Positions 12,816-27,681 of a stretch of 64,000 nucleotides of DNA are shown here, in pieces. How positions within the stretch are numbered: position 1 is the stretch's first letter; every line of letters starts with the position of its first letter. Under the pieces are notes generated by a model. The model was not told the origin of the DNA and made no database searches. It was given only the letters and a program-made list of their open reading frames with translations. A program made the translations under genes and the position numbers. Location of the stretch: the NCBI GenBank assembly GCA_964304625.1, contig OZ199840.1, positions 944,533 to 1,008,532 of the forward strand, written 5' to 3'. This DNA comes from Kudoa neothunni. Its lineage: Eukaryota; Animalia; Cnidaria.

Positions 12816-15173
12816 TTAAACAGAAAGTTTTGGGAAAGGTTTCGATTTGCTAACCATAAGTCGCTGGTGTTCACTGAGAATCGTTCCTTGTATATAGCCC
12901 TAATAACATAGAGAACAATAAATTATTTAAGAACAAATAAAACAGCGTATTGTTACGTTGTAGATAAGACTAGAGAGCATGCTCTCGAATCGAGGTCTAG
13001 ATACTTTTTTGCCCTAAACACATATTATAATAAGTATCATAATATAATAAATATCAATATAATAATAATAATTGTTATTTATATAATAAGTATCAGCCAG
13101 TTGCTTACATAAGACAGATTGTAGGCATTGTGAACAGTTTCGATACTGACGTTGTAGCTTTCACTGTATGCGAATCTGTTTAGGGGTTGTAATTAAATAG
13201 GAGAGACAACCGAAAAACCATTACACATATTTGAGTAGACTTCTAAAAACTAAAAATTCTACTCTCAGCAGCACCACATAGACGCCATGTTTCACAAAAA
13301 ATTCCTATGAGTAAATTATGAGTAAACTTAATGTAAAAGATTGTCACTTTGTATTTTTCCATTGTGGAATGATACAATTTTAGATGACCGATCCTGATTT
13401 CGCATTAATTTAGATTCCACCAAAAATCTATGTACTTTACACTACGAGCCAGTGAAATAAAAGGCTCCAACGAATACTCATTGAGCACTGATTCCATCGG
13501 CAGTATTCCCTGAATAATTATCATTTTTAATAAACAGAACTAAAACCGGATTACGACTATACCATCAACATATGTATGGGTATGAGATAGATAAGGATAA
13601 GTCTAGTGATAAAAAAATAAAATCTTAGAATTCTAACAACAGAAAAACCTTTTGTTAGTCGTATTTACATCGGGACACATGTTAAATGTTTCTTTCAACA
13701 AGTTGACCGCTAAAATTGATCAAAAAATTTATTAATCGATTATATACATACCTGTTTCAATATCACCGGTAAACATCGCCTTCTTCCCCGCAAAAAAACT
13801 AATTTTAAGCATTCAAAAATTATAGTTGAACATTTGAGACCCTACTTAAATGTATTAAGGTCATCTGGACGAAAAGTATCTCTCGATGGGTATCTCATCA
13901 CCGAAAGTATTACAGGAGCACACAGTTGAATATTTGAGGTCTAAAAATCATTTATCAACCTCAATTCTATTAACAATAAACTAAAAAGTTTCAAATTGTT
14001 ATACTCGAAAATACAATCGAAGCAACATATTCACTGATGGCAACATTGCAAATAATTTTTTTCCTGTGGCGCCATGACGACTATGGACATTTATAAGATC
14101 AGGTAATAAAAAATAGATTTTTAATATCTAATTATTACGTATCTGACAATGTGAGACGATAAAGATCCGTTATTGATTCTATGTATTTCTGACTGGTTGG
14201 ATGAACAACACGAAAGTCACCATGTTTTTTCCCACAACTGTCTGACTATCTCACACAATTACCAATGTTGATACTAACCTTGCAACAGATTTGGTCACTT
14301 ACGGCTAACGAAATCCTTTGTAGTTCTGAAAGGAGAATTTGCAACCACGGATACAACCTATATTCATATATATATATATATATATAGTGGATATACAACT
14401 CTGTTAAAATATCAAAATCTCACCAATCCGATTGATCCAACATCTTTAAAAATTTTATGAAATCACTAAATAATTAAAATAGTAATAATAATATATTCAA
14501 TAATAATAATAATAATTACGTTATATGCGTAACATAATATTGAAACAATAGTGGGAATAACTCAAAAACATTGGGATTGCTTCTATGGGTGAATATGGTG
14601 ACGGTCAATTGTCTAGCTCTGGATTTAAGAAATCAACTCGATTAGACTTTATCGTCCAAATATTAGAGTTCGTACGATAAATTATTGATAACAACATTTG
14701 CAAATGATTCCAAGAGAGAAGAGTTGGACTTTGAGTGGCCTGGTTGGTTAGATTTCTCACTTTCACTATCATCGATGAGAGTGTTGAAGATTGTTGGAAG
14801 AATTATTTTCTTTATGTTTAGGGTGAATATTTCAATATTCTTTGAGTGGTTATTTAAATTTTTGAGGGTTTTAAAGAAGCCGTTACCTTGGCAACCAATT
14901 CAACGAGGGACGCGTCGGTTGAATTCTGGGAAAAATCCAATTGAATTGGATCAACGTTGACCAAAGTTCTTAATAATGACATATTTTCCTAAATTTGATA
15001 TGAAAAATTATTTGGGAGTTAATCCTTAATGAATACAGCAAATGCAATTCCATTCCTAATATTCCAACATTCCACTAACTATATAACCAATCATAGATTA
15101 TTTATGAATGGAGAATTTTAGAAAGAGCAAAGCTCACATCCACAATCCATTCATTTGTGGTTTTCAATCGCAT
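12816..15173 (-). CDS. PCID2: PCI domain-containing protein 2 (TREX-2 subunit, Thp1/CSN12-like); many short exons
   Basis: Manual splicing gives MRLKTTNEWIVD..., WLYPWLQILLSELQRI, LSDTRHGATGKKLFAML..VNMLLRLYFR, FFAGKKAMFTGD, LILIYLIPIHMLM|GILP and GYIQGTILSEHQRLMVSKSKPFPKLSV*. These are colinear with human PCID2 as recalled (YYVGRKAMFDSD, ILIYLLPVKMLLGHMP, KLVVSKQNPFPPLS). Confidence 0.9.
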
Positions 15174-17326
15174 AGCAAATGTTAAATCAGATATCGATTA
15201 TCAATAATGGTAGGAATCTTACACAACGCGCTTGCGCACGAAAATGTAATAATCACATTGGATATTTTACCGCTACAAATTTTTAATAGCCTTTTCAGTT
15301 GGTTATAAATATTATTGAATGAATATTAAGTGGATTTTTTTGATTTTAGCATTTATATATAAAAATAAAATTATTATTTATTTTAATATTTATTGGATTT
15401 TAGGAGTTTCCAATGTTCGATTTTGTTCTAAGGGTACAAAATGTTTGTTCAAATTAACTCTAATTCAACACTAAATGATTAACTTTGTTTCTATCGTTTT
15501 CTCAAAAGAAATTATAAACGGGCTTATTTTAAATGAGAAAAATAGATCTAATAGAATTACAAGACAAAATGTAAATAAATTGATAATGAATTAAATATTT
15601 TGATTATTTTATTGTCTTTTTCGGGCTATAATTAAGTTGGAACGATAAAATTTATTAGATCAAGATATGCATGAATTATAATTTATAGATGAACTAAATA
15701 TTGGATAATTTTGTGCAAAATTTCAAATGCTAATACGCGGCGTATGTGCGGAATTTGTGGATTGTTTATTTTTTTAGTTATAATTAGAAGTAGTAATTGA
15801 CACTCTATATAAATTTCAGTTGGCATTAGTTTTAACTATATGTAATTATTTCTTAGCTCTAAAAACGAAGTAGCGGGCCAGGAATAATTAAATATAGTAG
15901 ATTCGAAAAAATTAAATTTCTAGTCGACTTGTAAGTAAGAATTGCTCAGATTAAAATTTCCTATTGCTTAGTTATGCGCGACGCGTCGTTCAGGAGTAAA
16001 TTTTACCGTGCCAATAGCCTCTGCCTAATAAATTATAAAATTAAATATGAACAAGAATCTGGTGATTTAATCTTAAATGCAATGTTTTAATTTATATAAT
16101 TTTTGAGTGAAAATGGATTTTAATTTGGAGTACAAAATTTTCTAAAGAATTTATTTTGTAAGCTAGTTAAAATTTAAGTCATACCTTCATTATAGTGTAC
16201 TTGAAAAAATATATATACAAAAATTTTTAAAAATTCATCTTATTTTAAAATATTTAGTTGTTTGTTATTATTTCCATTAAGTAGTGAATATTTTATTATA
16301 TATTAATTGGTACCATTTTAGATTTTAGACGTATTTATGAATAAAATTATAATTTTTCTTTTATGTACTAATAAATAGAAAATCTTGATCTAGAAATGTA
16401 AATTAATTTTCGATAGAATTCATCAAATGACCATTGTTTACTAGACTTATTTCAGTTTCGATTGCGTACAATCTTTTCATTATATCAGAGTATGAGTCTC
16501 GGACCCCCATCAATTACCTCCCGGCATTGATTCGATCAGGTAGCTCCACTCCAAATCAACTCTTCCTCAATTTAGGGTGAGCCTAATTAAATGGAACTCA
16601 GCTCGTTATTGATTTTATAGTCAATCCGAATAGTTTCTTTATTTATGAATATTAGTCTCTCCGTGGGTTGGAATTTATTGAAGCATGCTTCGATCATTTC
16701 ACTTAGATAAATTCGAAAGTTTTTATTTAAGTATAATAACTTTTTTAAAACAAAAGAGAAAGTTTGGGCAAAAAATATTCTTCTTCTAATAGATATTATT
16801 AATAAATATTAATAGACATTATAGATAGTAATAGATTTTAAGGAAATACGTTTATTTTAATAATTATCTTCATTATGTTAGCTCAAATATATAATAATCA
16901 GTTTAACTTAATATTAATTGATTATTTCTATTAACTTTATAATATAACTTTTGATTTTTATACGGATAAAATTTGTCATTTTATTCAATTTGTTGTGGTA
17001 ATATTTACTTGAATATAATAATATATAAAATTTTCGTATTTATTTAGGTTATAATAGTAAAATATTCAACAATCGATTTGTTTTAAAAAAATTTAATTGG
17101 TTAATAAATATAATTATTTTAATATTAAATACAAAAATACAACTCATAAACCTCATTTTGATAAGAATAGATGAATTATTATCTTGGAATATAAATTCTT
17201 AATTTATATAATGCAGCATTATACAAATTACAACAAGCCAAAGGAATAATCAACACCTCGGTAGAATCATTTGTATGATATCTAAAAATAATGAATTTAT
17301 AAATCAAAATGCATCATTTTTTTCAA

Positions 17327-18576
17327 TTAAAGGTCATATTCTCTTTCCAAAATTTCCGCATTAATAACTTTTGAAGATTTTTTTCTTTCTTTACAATTGG
17401 CAAACAATGTTTGACCATAAAAAATTATACACCCTAAACCCACAGCAGCCACACCGATATAATAGTAGTTTGAAATCTAACAAATGATTTAAACAATTAT
17501 AAATATTTATATTTACATTATTATAGTAAAACATTGTGTATATTATTGAGCCGATGTCTGCAATTAGAAAAGAAATATGAAAAGTTGGGGTAGAAATATG
17601 TTTAATTAGAAACGGCGCAACAAGGTTATATATCAGAAGAGAACAACTAAATCCAATAGCCAGCAATACTAAATCAATATAAGCATAAATCATTTGTTAA
17701 GCGAATAAACTTGATTTAATGTTCCAATCGATAGTGATTAATTCCTTTTCCTCCAGAAATCCTCTATTTAAAGAGAATTTAGAACAAAATCCAGATAAAA
17801 TTCCGAGAAAAATCTACCCTTGTATGCAAGTTATTGCGGATGCAAATAAACCATGAAAAAACAAGAATTCTCCATAGCTAGATTCTTGGATTGAACTTTC
17901 TATAATCAATTCGGAAATTCCAGAGCAAGTACAAGCCAACAATACAAATAAGTCTCCAAACAAAGGATGGTTACCTGTGGAACAAAAAGATAGAATTACT
18001 ACCAATTATTAGATTGAAGAACGATACCTTTTCGAAATTCGGATATGCCAGTTTGGACGTCAAAAAAAAGAATACCACCAACACCACAAATAATAAGAAA
18101 CGTTCCGATATAATGTAATGGTTTGTATTTTATCTCAAAAACGATAATAGACGTAATCATAATTATTGGAACTATAGATAAATCCAAAAGCTAAAAGATA
18201 TTACCTAAAATCATATACAACAAGCTACCTGAATACTAGCAGGAAAAGTATACTGGAAAGCAAAGGTAACCAAAAAATTTGCTTCCACCTCAAACAGCGA
18301 AAAAAAAAAGTATTTCCACCAATTTTGCTTGATGGATTTTTTGGAGAAATTGTTTCTCTTCATACATGAGTAAATGGACAATATAATAAATAGCAGAAGG
18401 TAGGTGGGAAACGTTTGCAAAGTTGGAATTTCAAATTTGTGAATTTCTACCAGTTGATCCAAACAGTATATACGCACAAATACCACCCCCGATAATAAAT
18501 GAGCAACTATTACTAATACCAACTTTAAATGCTGTTTTATCCATTGATGACAGCGACACTGGGAGTGACCCCTCAT
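17327..18576 (-). CDS. SLC35F1/F2-like DMT-fold transporter, copy 1 (6 exons)
   Basis: WWKYFFFSLFEVEANFL..AFQYT..SIQ|LLD..IVP, GDLFVL and GLFAS..CIQG match SLC35F/DUF914 signatures. Stop at 17327. Confidence 0.88.
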
Positions 18577-21239
18577 TAGCGATCCCTTATTATAAACTAG
18601 TCACTGTGATATAATTAAAGCATTTAATATTCGATATTGTTTTCAAGATAAATCTCATTGGTATATTATATACAGTAAAATCTTCTCTCCAACTACAGTT
18701 AGTTCTTGCTATATTATTATGATTATTCAACAATATCAAGATATTTCAACCAATTCCTTTTATATTTTTATTTTTATATGGTTAATTACATGTGTATACA
18801 GTACCTCTCTTTTTCATTCATTCATTCGTAAATTAAACTTACATTTCAGCTTAAGTTTAACTCATTATTTTTTTTTCAAATGGAACACAATAATTAATAT
18901 AAAATATGCATTATATTTATTAACTTTAATATTTTTATAACGATTAATAAAAGTTTTGAAAATTTTGAAGTTCAAATAGTTATATTCGATGTCGCATTCT
19001 CAATATATATTTATATCAACGAGATGATGTTAAAAATAAATCATTTTAATATTCCTTCGATTTATTCCTCTAATATTTGTAGCACAATTTGTTCCTAATA
19101 TTATGCGTGTCACGTGATCACATACGTCTTATCATAACTCTAATAATAAAAACAATATGATTCAAGTTTATCATTGATATATTCATAAATATAATATTCT
19201 TAATATTTAAAATAATAATTCAAAAACTGTTGTATCTTACTTCGTTAAAAATTACGAAATGCGATGAGTTTAATAGTAGGTTGATAAAATTAATCCCCTA
19301 CTTTATACAATAATCTCATTAATTTAATAATATTCATTTTCAAATTTTTACAATCTTTTCAATCGCCATATCTTGCATAAAACCGATATTATATTCTAAC
19401 ATATTTTTATACATAAAATCAAATAAATTACGCTAATTATCGATTGGATTAATATGAATATCTTATCTGTTTCGAAATCTAACAAAAATTCCTACTAATT
19501 TTGAGACTTATTATCTCTATTCGTATTCTATCGAAAGTAAGTTTAATCTGATTTTTAATGAAAATTGTTCGAAACAAGTATTAAGACGTTGTCGTACCAT
19601 TAATATTCAGGTAACGGCAGAATTAATTTCAGTAATAATTTTTTTATTGTTTCTTATCAACATATTATAATCATGATAATGTAAAAAATTATATTATTTC
19701 AAATATACTATTAAACTTTTGTATTTAATAAATTTGTCGTTTTAATAATAATAATAATAATAATGATTTATTAACATAATTATCAAATATTCGCGAGCAG
19801 AATTTTGACTTGCACATAATAACGTAAATCTTTTTATATGACCAATTTTCGATTTAGAGTCTTTTCGTCACAAACCTACACCTACCTTATGTCCATCATA
19901 ATTAATTTCAGATTACATTACTCATTTAGTTTAAAATTTTAATATTATATATGAAACTAAATATTTATCTTCGTTATTAGAGATTATTTTATTATTTAGA
20001 ATATCCGCCGGTCAAATTTTTTAAATAAAGTTTTGTCTGCGCGTGCGCGACAGAAGTTTTGTATTTAGTTTTGTTTTTCGAATCGAAAAGATATTATGTG
20101 ATAAATTCATGGAATGATTATTTTATTTACTGCAATCTATATCCATGATATATAATTTGAGTAGTCGGGTAAACATGCCTTTTCTTTGTACATATGCGCT
20201 GAGTCATGCCAATTATCTTTATATTTATATGTTGATAATAATTCAAAATCATGTTTTAAAATTAATATTTTACTCATTTATCTTGCTAATCCTTTATAAA
20301 TCATGGATTAGATGTACATGTTATAAATTATTTTGAATAATATTAAAATTTCGAAATCCAATTAACTTTACATATTAGAAATATGCAAATAAAAATCTGT
20401 ATACGTCTAAGTTTGTATCTAATTTTCAAATGTAGAGTGCAACCTCGAAGTTCGACCAAAAATTTGGAGTCAGAAACACGTTTAATTCCCAACACGTATA
20501 GAAGGGATATTCAGAATGAATCCAGTTGGAGCAAAATTAGAGAACAGAACTTCTAGAACTAGAAGAAGAGTCGCTGAAACAAATTGTGCAATCGTCATCG
20601 AAAAAGAAGTCTTTATAATTTATCCTATGACAACCAAAAAATATTTATCCTATATTTCATTTTCATTTTCATTTTTATTATTATTATTATATTTAATATT
20701 ATTTTATAAACACAAGTTGTGCATGTTTTTTCATAAGTAAGAATAAAAATAGTCATTTATTTGAGCGCGATAATGGATAAAACTAATTTTCATTATTTTG
20801 CATGGGAAAAAATTAATCGAAGTTCGGACACATTTTTGGAATGGATTATCGTCCAAGTCCGAGATTTCATTCTATAATTAAATTATATCTCAATTATACA
20901 ATGTTTTAATTTTTAAAAATGACAAAAAAATCTTTTTGATAATAGAAATATTGAATATAATATATATAAATAATATATTTAGCGCTAAAATCGGCTCAGA
21001 TGACAATATAAAGAATGAAAAATTTAGACTACTTAGACACCATAATGACTTAATTAAATATGAAATACTCAGAATTATAGAATGTTAGTTACACAAATTA
21101 ATAATGAAAAATAAGAAATATATAAATGTAGAAACGTGGTAATAAAAGTATTATACAATTATTGGCGAATAAAAAATAACACAAATTATTGACAATTACA
21201 GACTAAATACATTTTTTTACTATTTATTCACAAAACCAA

Positions 21240-22493
21240 TCATATATTTTGCTGGACGTTTATGGGGTTATTCAAATTATTTTCTTTCGATTGGCTGGGT
21301 CTTTTTTTGTGTTCCATATAAAGCGTTTGTGCGTTATAGACGATACAACCAGCAGTCACGATAATCGCGCCAATAGCATAAAGACCAGTCAACTACACAC
21401 AAAATTTACATAAGATATATTAAAAATATGGTGACATACATTCTCATAACGGATAGCATTATAGATAATCGTGTATATATCAGCGGACACCAGGGAAATA
21501 TTTAAACCTGATGCACTAATATGTTTGATCACGAAAGGTACAAGTAAATAAAACACTATAAGCGCGAAACTGAATAAGCAGATAAAAATTTCTAAAAAAA
21601 ATATTTAAAATAATTCAATAATTTATAATAATTAACTGGCATCAGTTTTCCACTCAATATTAATTAAGTTGTTAAACTCTAGAGAGCCCCTAAATTAAAA
21701 AATCGGTATATTTTCATAATGACAATCAGTCGCCAAAGTTACCCTTGTATAGCAACAATTACGCTAGCAAACAAAGCCTGGAAAAATATTATTTCTCCAA
21801 TACCATTGTTATCGACCAATCTTTCTGTTAACACATTGGATACCGCGTAACAAACACATGCACCGAACACCAATAGATCGCCAACTAGGGGATTCTCACC
21901 TTTGTCAAAAATAAACATTCTATAAATAAAGTAAAAACAATTGGAGTTACCATTTCTAAACTTGGATATATCGGCTCTAGTATCAATAATAACCAGCGAA
22001 ACTGCTCCAACAACTGTAAGCGCTGCCCCAAGGTACTGCATCAATTGATATTTGGTTTTTATAAAAATAATCGATAACACCATAACGATGGGGATAATAG
22101 TGGCATCTAATAGCTTAAAAAATATGTAGATGTGTGGCGGGCCGCAGTAGCTACCTGGATACTAGCTGGAGAGGTGTATTGGAATGCTTTAATCATTAAG
22201 AAATTAGCTTCCACATCAAATAACGCATATAAAAAATATTTCCACCAGTTTTTCTTCACAGATATCCATTTAATTGTTTCTTTGTTCACACAAGAATATA
22301 CAGAAAATATTATAAATAACACTAGATAGGTAGGCAACGTTTGTAGTGTAGGAATCTTCACTTTGAATTCTTCCACAAGCTGATCGTTACAATACGTGCA
22401 CAAAAATATTAATAAGGATAACAATTGGCCAACCAATGAAAATATCAGTTTCAAATGGTTATTCATCCAGCATTTTAGTTTGTCAACATCCAT
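21240..22493 (-). CDS. SLC35F1/F2-like transporter, copy 2 (closest to the family consensus by eye)
   Basis: WWKYFLYALFDVEANFLMIKAFQYTS, GDLLVFGACVCYAVSNVLTE, NISLVSADIY. Same exon layout as copy 1. Confidence 0.92.
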
Positions 22494-25339
22494 CTTCTCA
22501 CCAAACTTAAGCGATTAATCCCCAACTAAACTAATCCACAGAATTGAAGCAAATGTCACTTATGGAATAGTATCCATACAGCTAATCAATGGTTATCGAA
22601 ATTATTTTCGACACTAACACACTATAATCTAATTATAGTCCCATTGTAAAACATCAATGAATTAAACCTTATATATATATATATTATAAATTGCTGATTA
22701 TGTGTATCAGGAGGATATTTTTAAAATTGTTATAATCACTGATTTTAACTTAGTTTCGTGCATTTATTTCTACATTTCTATTAAAGTTAGTGCAATGTAA
22801 TCTCTCGAAATACATCGGTAAGATAAGGGATCCTTTATAACATATTCATAATCGCAATTATAAATCCAAGGTTAACATTACGTATTGAAGAATGATAAAT
22901 TAATTATCTAATTTAATATTTTTGTTAGAATTTTGAAATATTAGAAAGTTAAATAACTATTTCTTTCATTTTCCCAAGAATCCTAGCATTACCTCAGCCT
23001 TAACACAGTATTTACGACTATTCTAAAGTACCTAATTAATAGTCGGTTGCAATCGTATATTTTCGAAAATATTGTGATGCATCAATTCAGGATAAATTTT
23101 AACTTCGAAACGCTAAATTGCATATTAATTAGGAATTATACATATTATAAAAATAATTACAATATGCTATCATTATGATGTAAAAAATAAATTTTTCTAT
23201 TTATCTTCAATATGACAATGAGATAAACGACATAATCCCCATCAAAATCACAAGTTACGATATTTGATTGTGAAGGAATATACATTCTAATATATACTGA
23301 ATTAAAATATTTAAAATATGCTTATATTAAATTCTGCTGAGAAAAATATCACAATAACTTATTATTAATGGTTGTTGTTCAGACACATAGAGTAATCAAA
23401 ATTTCTATATACTCTTAACACCTTTTCATTTACAATATAGCTTAGTTTGAGTAATTTGACTATTTTTAGTAGTATGAATTTTTTTAGTCGAAACGCCATT
23501 TGATTAGAGCCAATTATTAAGCTTAATTTAATAAATTTCCTCCTAAACTGAATCTTAGAGTGATTATTAACTAATAAATACACAAATCATTAATATAATA
23601 TGTATATAACAAAATTTATAAATTAGAACAATATATACATGTGAAATTTAATGTGGCAGATTATTATTTATGAAAAGTATATTAAGTTATATAACATGAA
23701 TGTATAATTTATATTATTGGATCAATTTTTCCTTATCTAAATACAATACATTTTATTGGGCTTTTTGGGTTTGTTGAGAATTTTCTTATTATTTATTTCT
23801 ATGATTTGGAAATTTAAAAAGAAAGATTATATATTTAACGGAAGAGTTTATTAAATTAACTAATACTTTAATACCACTCTAAGCTTTCAAACGTTAAAAT
23901 TTCATTTCAGTGTTTGAAACAAAATCTATACTTTATTTTTCAATGTTTGAACAAATATTTCAATGAATGTATCGTTTTTATAATTGTTACATTCCTATAA
24001 TTCCCAATATTAACCCTTAACTGATAGCGTCGTGTTATTCGCACGTCCAATACACTCGGGTTCCGGGAGTCCACCCATTCGAACAAGGTATTATATAGAT
24101 TAATTGAGTCTTTCGGCGGGTTCAACCTTCAATATCACTGTTACGCTTAATCATACAGAGTAAAAGATTTAGTTATTAAACTCTTATAACTTTTGAAGTA
24201 TATTATCCTTTACAATCACCATCTTTTTATTCAACTCGCATTATCTTGTTGTTGATGTTAGTTGTTATTTAATCGTTGTTTATAGTTATAATTAAAAATA
24301 AATAAATTATTGTTTAAGATAAAATTTATTTATCAACATCTTCAATGTTTTATTCATTGTTCAAACAATAATCGTCCCATAAATATTTATCTATCTCGAT
24401 CGAGATCAACACTCAGTTTCCGAGGAGAAGGATTCATTTGAAGCACTAGACTCCCACATTAAAGTAAATTCGACACAATTTTGTGATTAATTTTAATAGC
24501 GACATGAGATTGAAGTATTAAATATTAATAAAATTTGACTTGAAGTAGCTTAAAATTAGAAAATGATCTTTTTTACGAAATTATAAGGAATGTGGAAATA
24601 CTAATTTTAAGAATTCGCGTGAAATTTCGATAAAAATTCTAATCAAACATGGATTTTTGAGCAATTTACAGCGAAACGGGGCGCGCAAAACTTTTGGTGG
24701 GACGCGGAAGCTTCTGAGTATTGGTGTGACACGGATAATGGTGAAATAATGGGGCAACATGACTTCATTTGACGTTAATATCGCGATTTTCGATATCGCC
24801 TATTTATAAATGACGATTAATATTATAAATAATACAAAAAGCAACGATCAATTATATAAAAATTAACTATAATATTTAACGTGTCCTCCACCCAAAAAGA
24901 ATCGGAATGGTTTGAATCTCAATCTTGTCTCATTTAGAATCGTATATATCTTTTTTTGATTAAAACTATTATAATATTGATTAACTTTTATTCACATTAT
25001 TTATTTTCGGTTCATTAGCTCCTATACACGAAAGCCTTTCCTAATGAAAGCTGGATTACCACGAGTGTAACTTGACGCTGCTTTTGTCGACTGAGGAACT
25101 AAGGATGTTAATTTCAAAGATCAATCGATAAATTAAGCTAGAACTAATTGAACACATTTTAATTTGAATTAGAAAAGAAATATATATTAATTGATTTAAA
25201 ATCTTAATCTGATAGGGTGTTTTATTCATAGTTTTAAACAGTTTTTGTTAAAAAAATCAATACTTTTGAAAAAGATGGGGTGCGATGAAAAAGAGGTTGG
25301 GAACACTGGGTTAAGTTTTAATAAGATCACACTCAAACA

Positions 25340-25403
25340 CAGTCGAATCTCGATTATCCGGAAAATTTGGATAAACGATTTTCGAATAATCGAGTTTCGA
25401 CTG
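25340..25403. mobile_element. 64-bp pogo/Tigger-type miniature inverted-repeat element
   Basis: CAGTCGAATCTCGATTAT ... ATAATCGAGTTTCGACTG followed by TA; the left flank is CA rather than TA. Related solo ends terminate at about 28952 and 35727. Confidence 0.7.
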
Positions 25404-26410
25404 TATTTAGTAAATTACTAGCACTAATTGCCCAGCTTCTCACGGGATTGGGAAAATTTCATCATAGAAGGATACGGTAAAAAAATAAAGAAATATAAGA
25501 CTCTTGAGTAGCTCTGAGGAGAAATAAAATAAATATTGTTTAAATATCACAGTATAACGATTGTGATAGGAAAACTAAAAAATTGAGATCATTTTGGAGA
25601 GATTATGATAGTAGAAAAACCTGATTAACTCGATAATATCTTTAGTGACATTTTTATACACACTCTTTCCTCAAAACTGTTGTGTAGCCTCTTACTATAA
25701 ACAAAAATATTTAATTAATTAGATAAAATAAGATTTCAATCTATACATTGACTCTTATCGCCAAAAATAAGTTTAACGGTCGCTATAACAAAATTTGGGG
25801 ATCTAGCTTCAGTATGTAGGGATTGGATCTATCTGATTAAGATATACGCTTACAATTCTTCATTAATATAGCAAAAATATTCAATTTTGCAATATCAAAT
25901 GCAATCTACAGAAATTTTGAAGTGTACTTATTAAGTCAAATATATTGTAAGTTTCAAAAATAAGGAGTGTATTTAAACACACATCCAAATGGACATATCT
26001 ACTGTAAATGTACAGATAAATAAATGATATAAGATGTGTCTTGAAATCGTGGATTTATAGCTTAAGTTATAACCACTCAAAATGTTCAAAATAACTTGCA
26101 GAAGTTCAATGTACATAAGTGTCGCCATGAAAAAATAAATATAATCCAATTATTGAAACCACGTACTCCGTTTAACAAACCTAACACCGAGAACAACACA
26201 ATTTCATACATTACTTTAGAAATTATGTTTGCATAATATGAAATAAAAGAATTTTTAAATTATCGCAAACTATTAGGAGTTACAGAAATATCTATTTATA
26301 AGGAAAAAATTTGTCCACATATATGTATGTGTACTTAGGGGCACACACGGACAACTTAGCTTAATATACATAGGAGATATTGGATAGTAGATAAGAATGT
26401 AGAAACTCAT

Positions 26411-27681
26411 TCAAACATGTACGTTTATAGTGACGGAATCCTGTGTTAAGGGTTTTTGTTCGATATCATTATTTTCACGTGAGATTCTCAGTTTTTTGTA
26501 CAATGTTTGACCACAGAACAAAATCAACCCTGAGAAAATAAGGCCGGCTCCAATCGCATAATAGGGTGTAAACTAATGCTAAATTAACAAAAATGCATAT
26601 AATTCACTTACCTTTTTGTATGTGACCGAAGTGTGGATAATTGTGAATATACCAGATGTAGCTAACGAAATGTTAAGACCAGAAGCATTAATATTTTTGA
26701 TAATCATTGGAGCCAGGATGTAATAAATCACAAAGGAAACGTTATATAAGACAATCAGACCCGCTAAAATATATTAAAAATTATTGAATATTTAAATTTA
26801 ACAAACTTAATTCAGCTGTCCATGTAATATTAAAGAAAGTTTTATGTTCTAACATGAGACTAAAGATGTCATTTACTTACAATAGAGAAAATATTTAACA
26901 TTCAAATTACCCTTGAACCAATATGAACACACTACCAAATAATCCTTGAACAAGTGAAAGTTCATCGCAATCGATATTTTCACACAGACTCTCTGTTGTT
27001 ATATTCGACAAAGCAAATAATATACACGCCACCAAGATCATAAGATTCCCAATATAAGGGTTTGTACCTATTGGAAATGTGTTTGGAATTAGCAGGACTC
27101 GCAACGAAAAATACCTCGAATAAATTTGAGAAAATCGAGTTTCGCGCTAATTACTAGAAGCGAGACTGTTCCAGCTAATACGATAGACACTCCTAGATAC
27201 TGTAATGTACTGTATTTCTTTTTTAAGATTACGACCGACAATGCCAAGACAATAGGTATTGTTAATGATCCAACCAACTAAAAAATCAACTAAAACAACC
27301 CGCATTTGTAATTACATTAATGTTCGTCAAAGAAACATATTGAAAAGCTTTGATCATGAGATAATTTGCCTCCACTTCCAAAATTGTGAGAAGAACATAT
27401 CTCTTTAAATTTCTTTTGATCGAACACCATTGGATAGTACCGATCTTCATACAAGCTATACTACTGTATATGATAGATAAAAATATGTATGATGGGAATG
27501 ATTGTAACGTAGGAGTGTTCATATGATGTTCTTTAGTCAGCAGATTCGAGCAGATGGAACGTATAAACAGCATAACTGATGATAATTGAGCAGCTAGGGA
27601 ATATATAAATGCGGAATTATTTTCCATCCATTGATTTATTTTCTTCAAATTCATTTTATATCTAGAGGAGAGCTTAACCAT
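26411..27681 (-). CDS. SLC35F1/F2-like transporter, copy 3
   Basis: ILEVEANYLMIKAFQY, GNLMILVACILFALSNITTE, GLFGSVFILVQG. Same intron positions; stop at 26411. Confidence 0.88.

Noticed and set aside
19109-19118. CLEAR/E-box GTCACGTGAT upstream of SLC35F copy 1
   Set aside because: Single short motif, not seen upstream of the other copies; chance occurrence is plausible.
25010-25110. Possible hammerhead ribozyme near CTAATGA/CGAAA
   Set aside because: The CUGANGA core and the required helices are absent.
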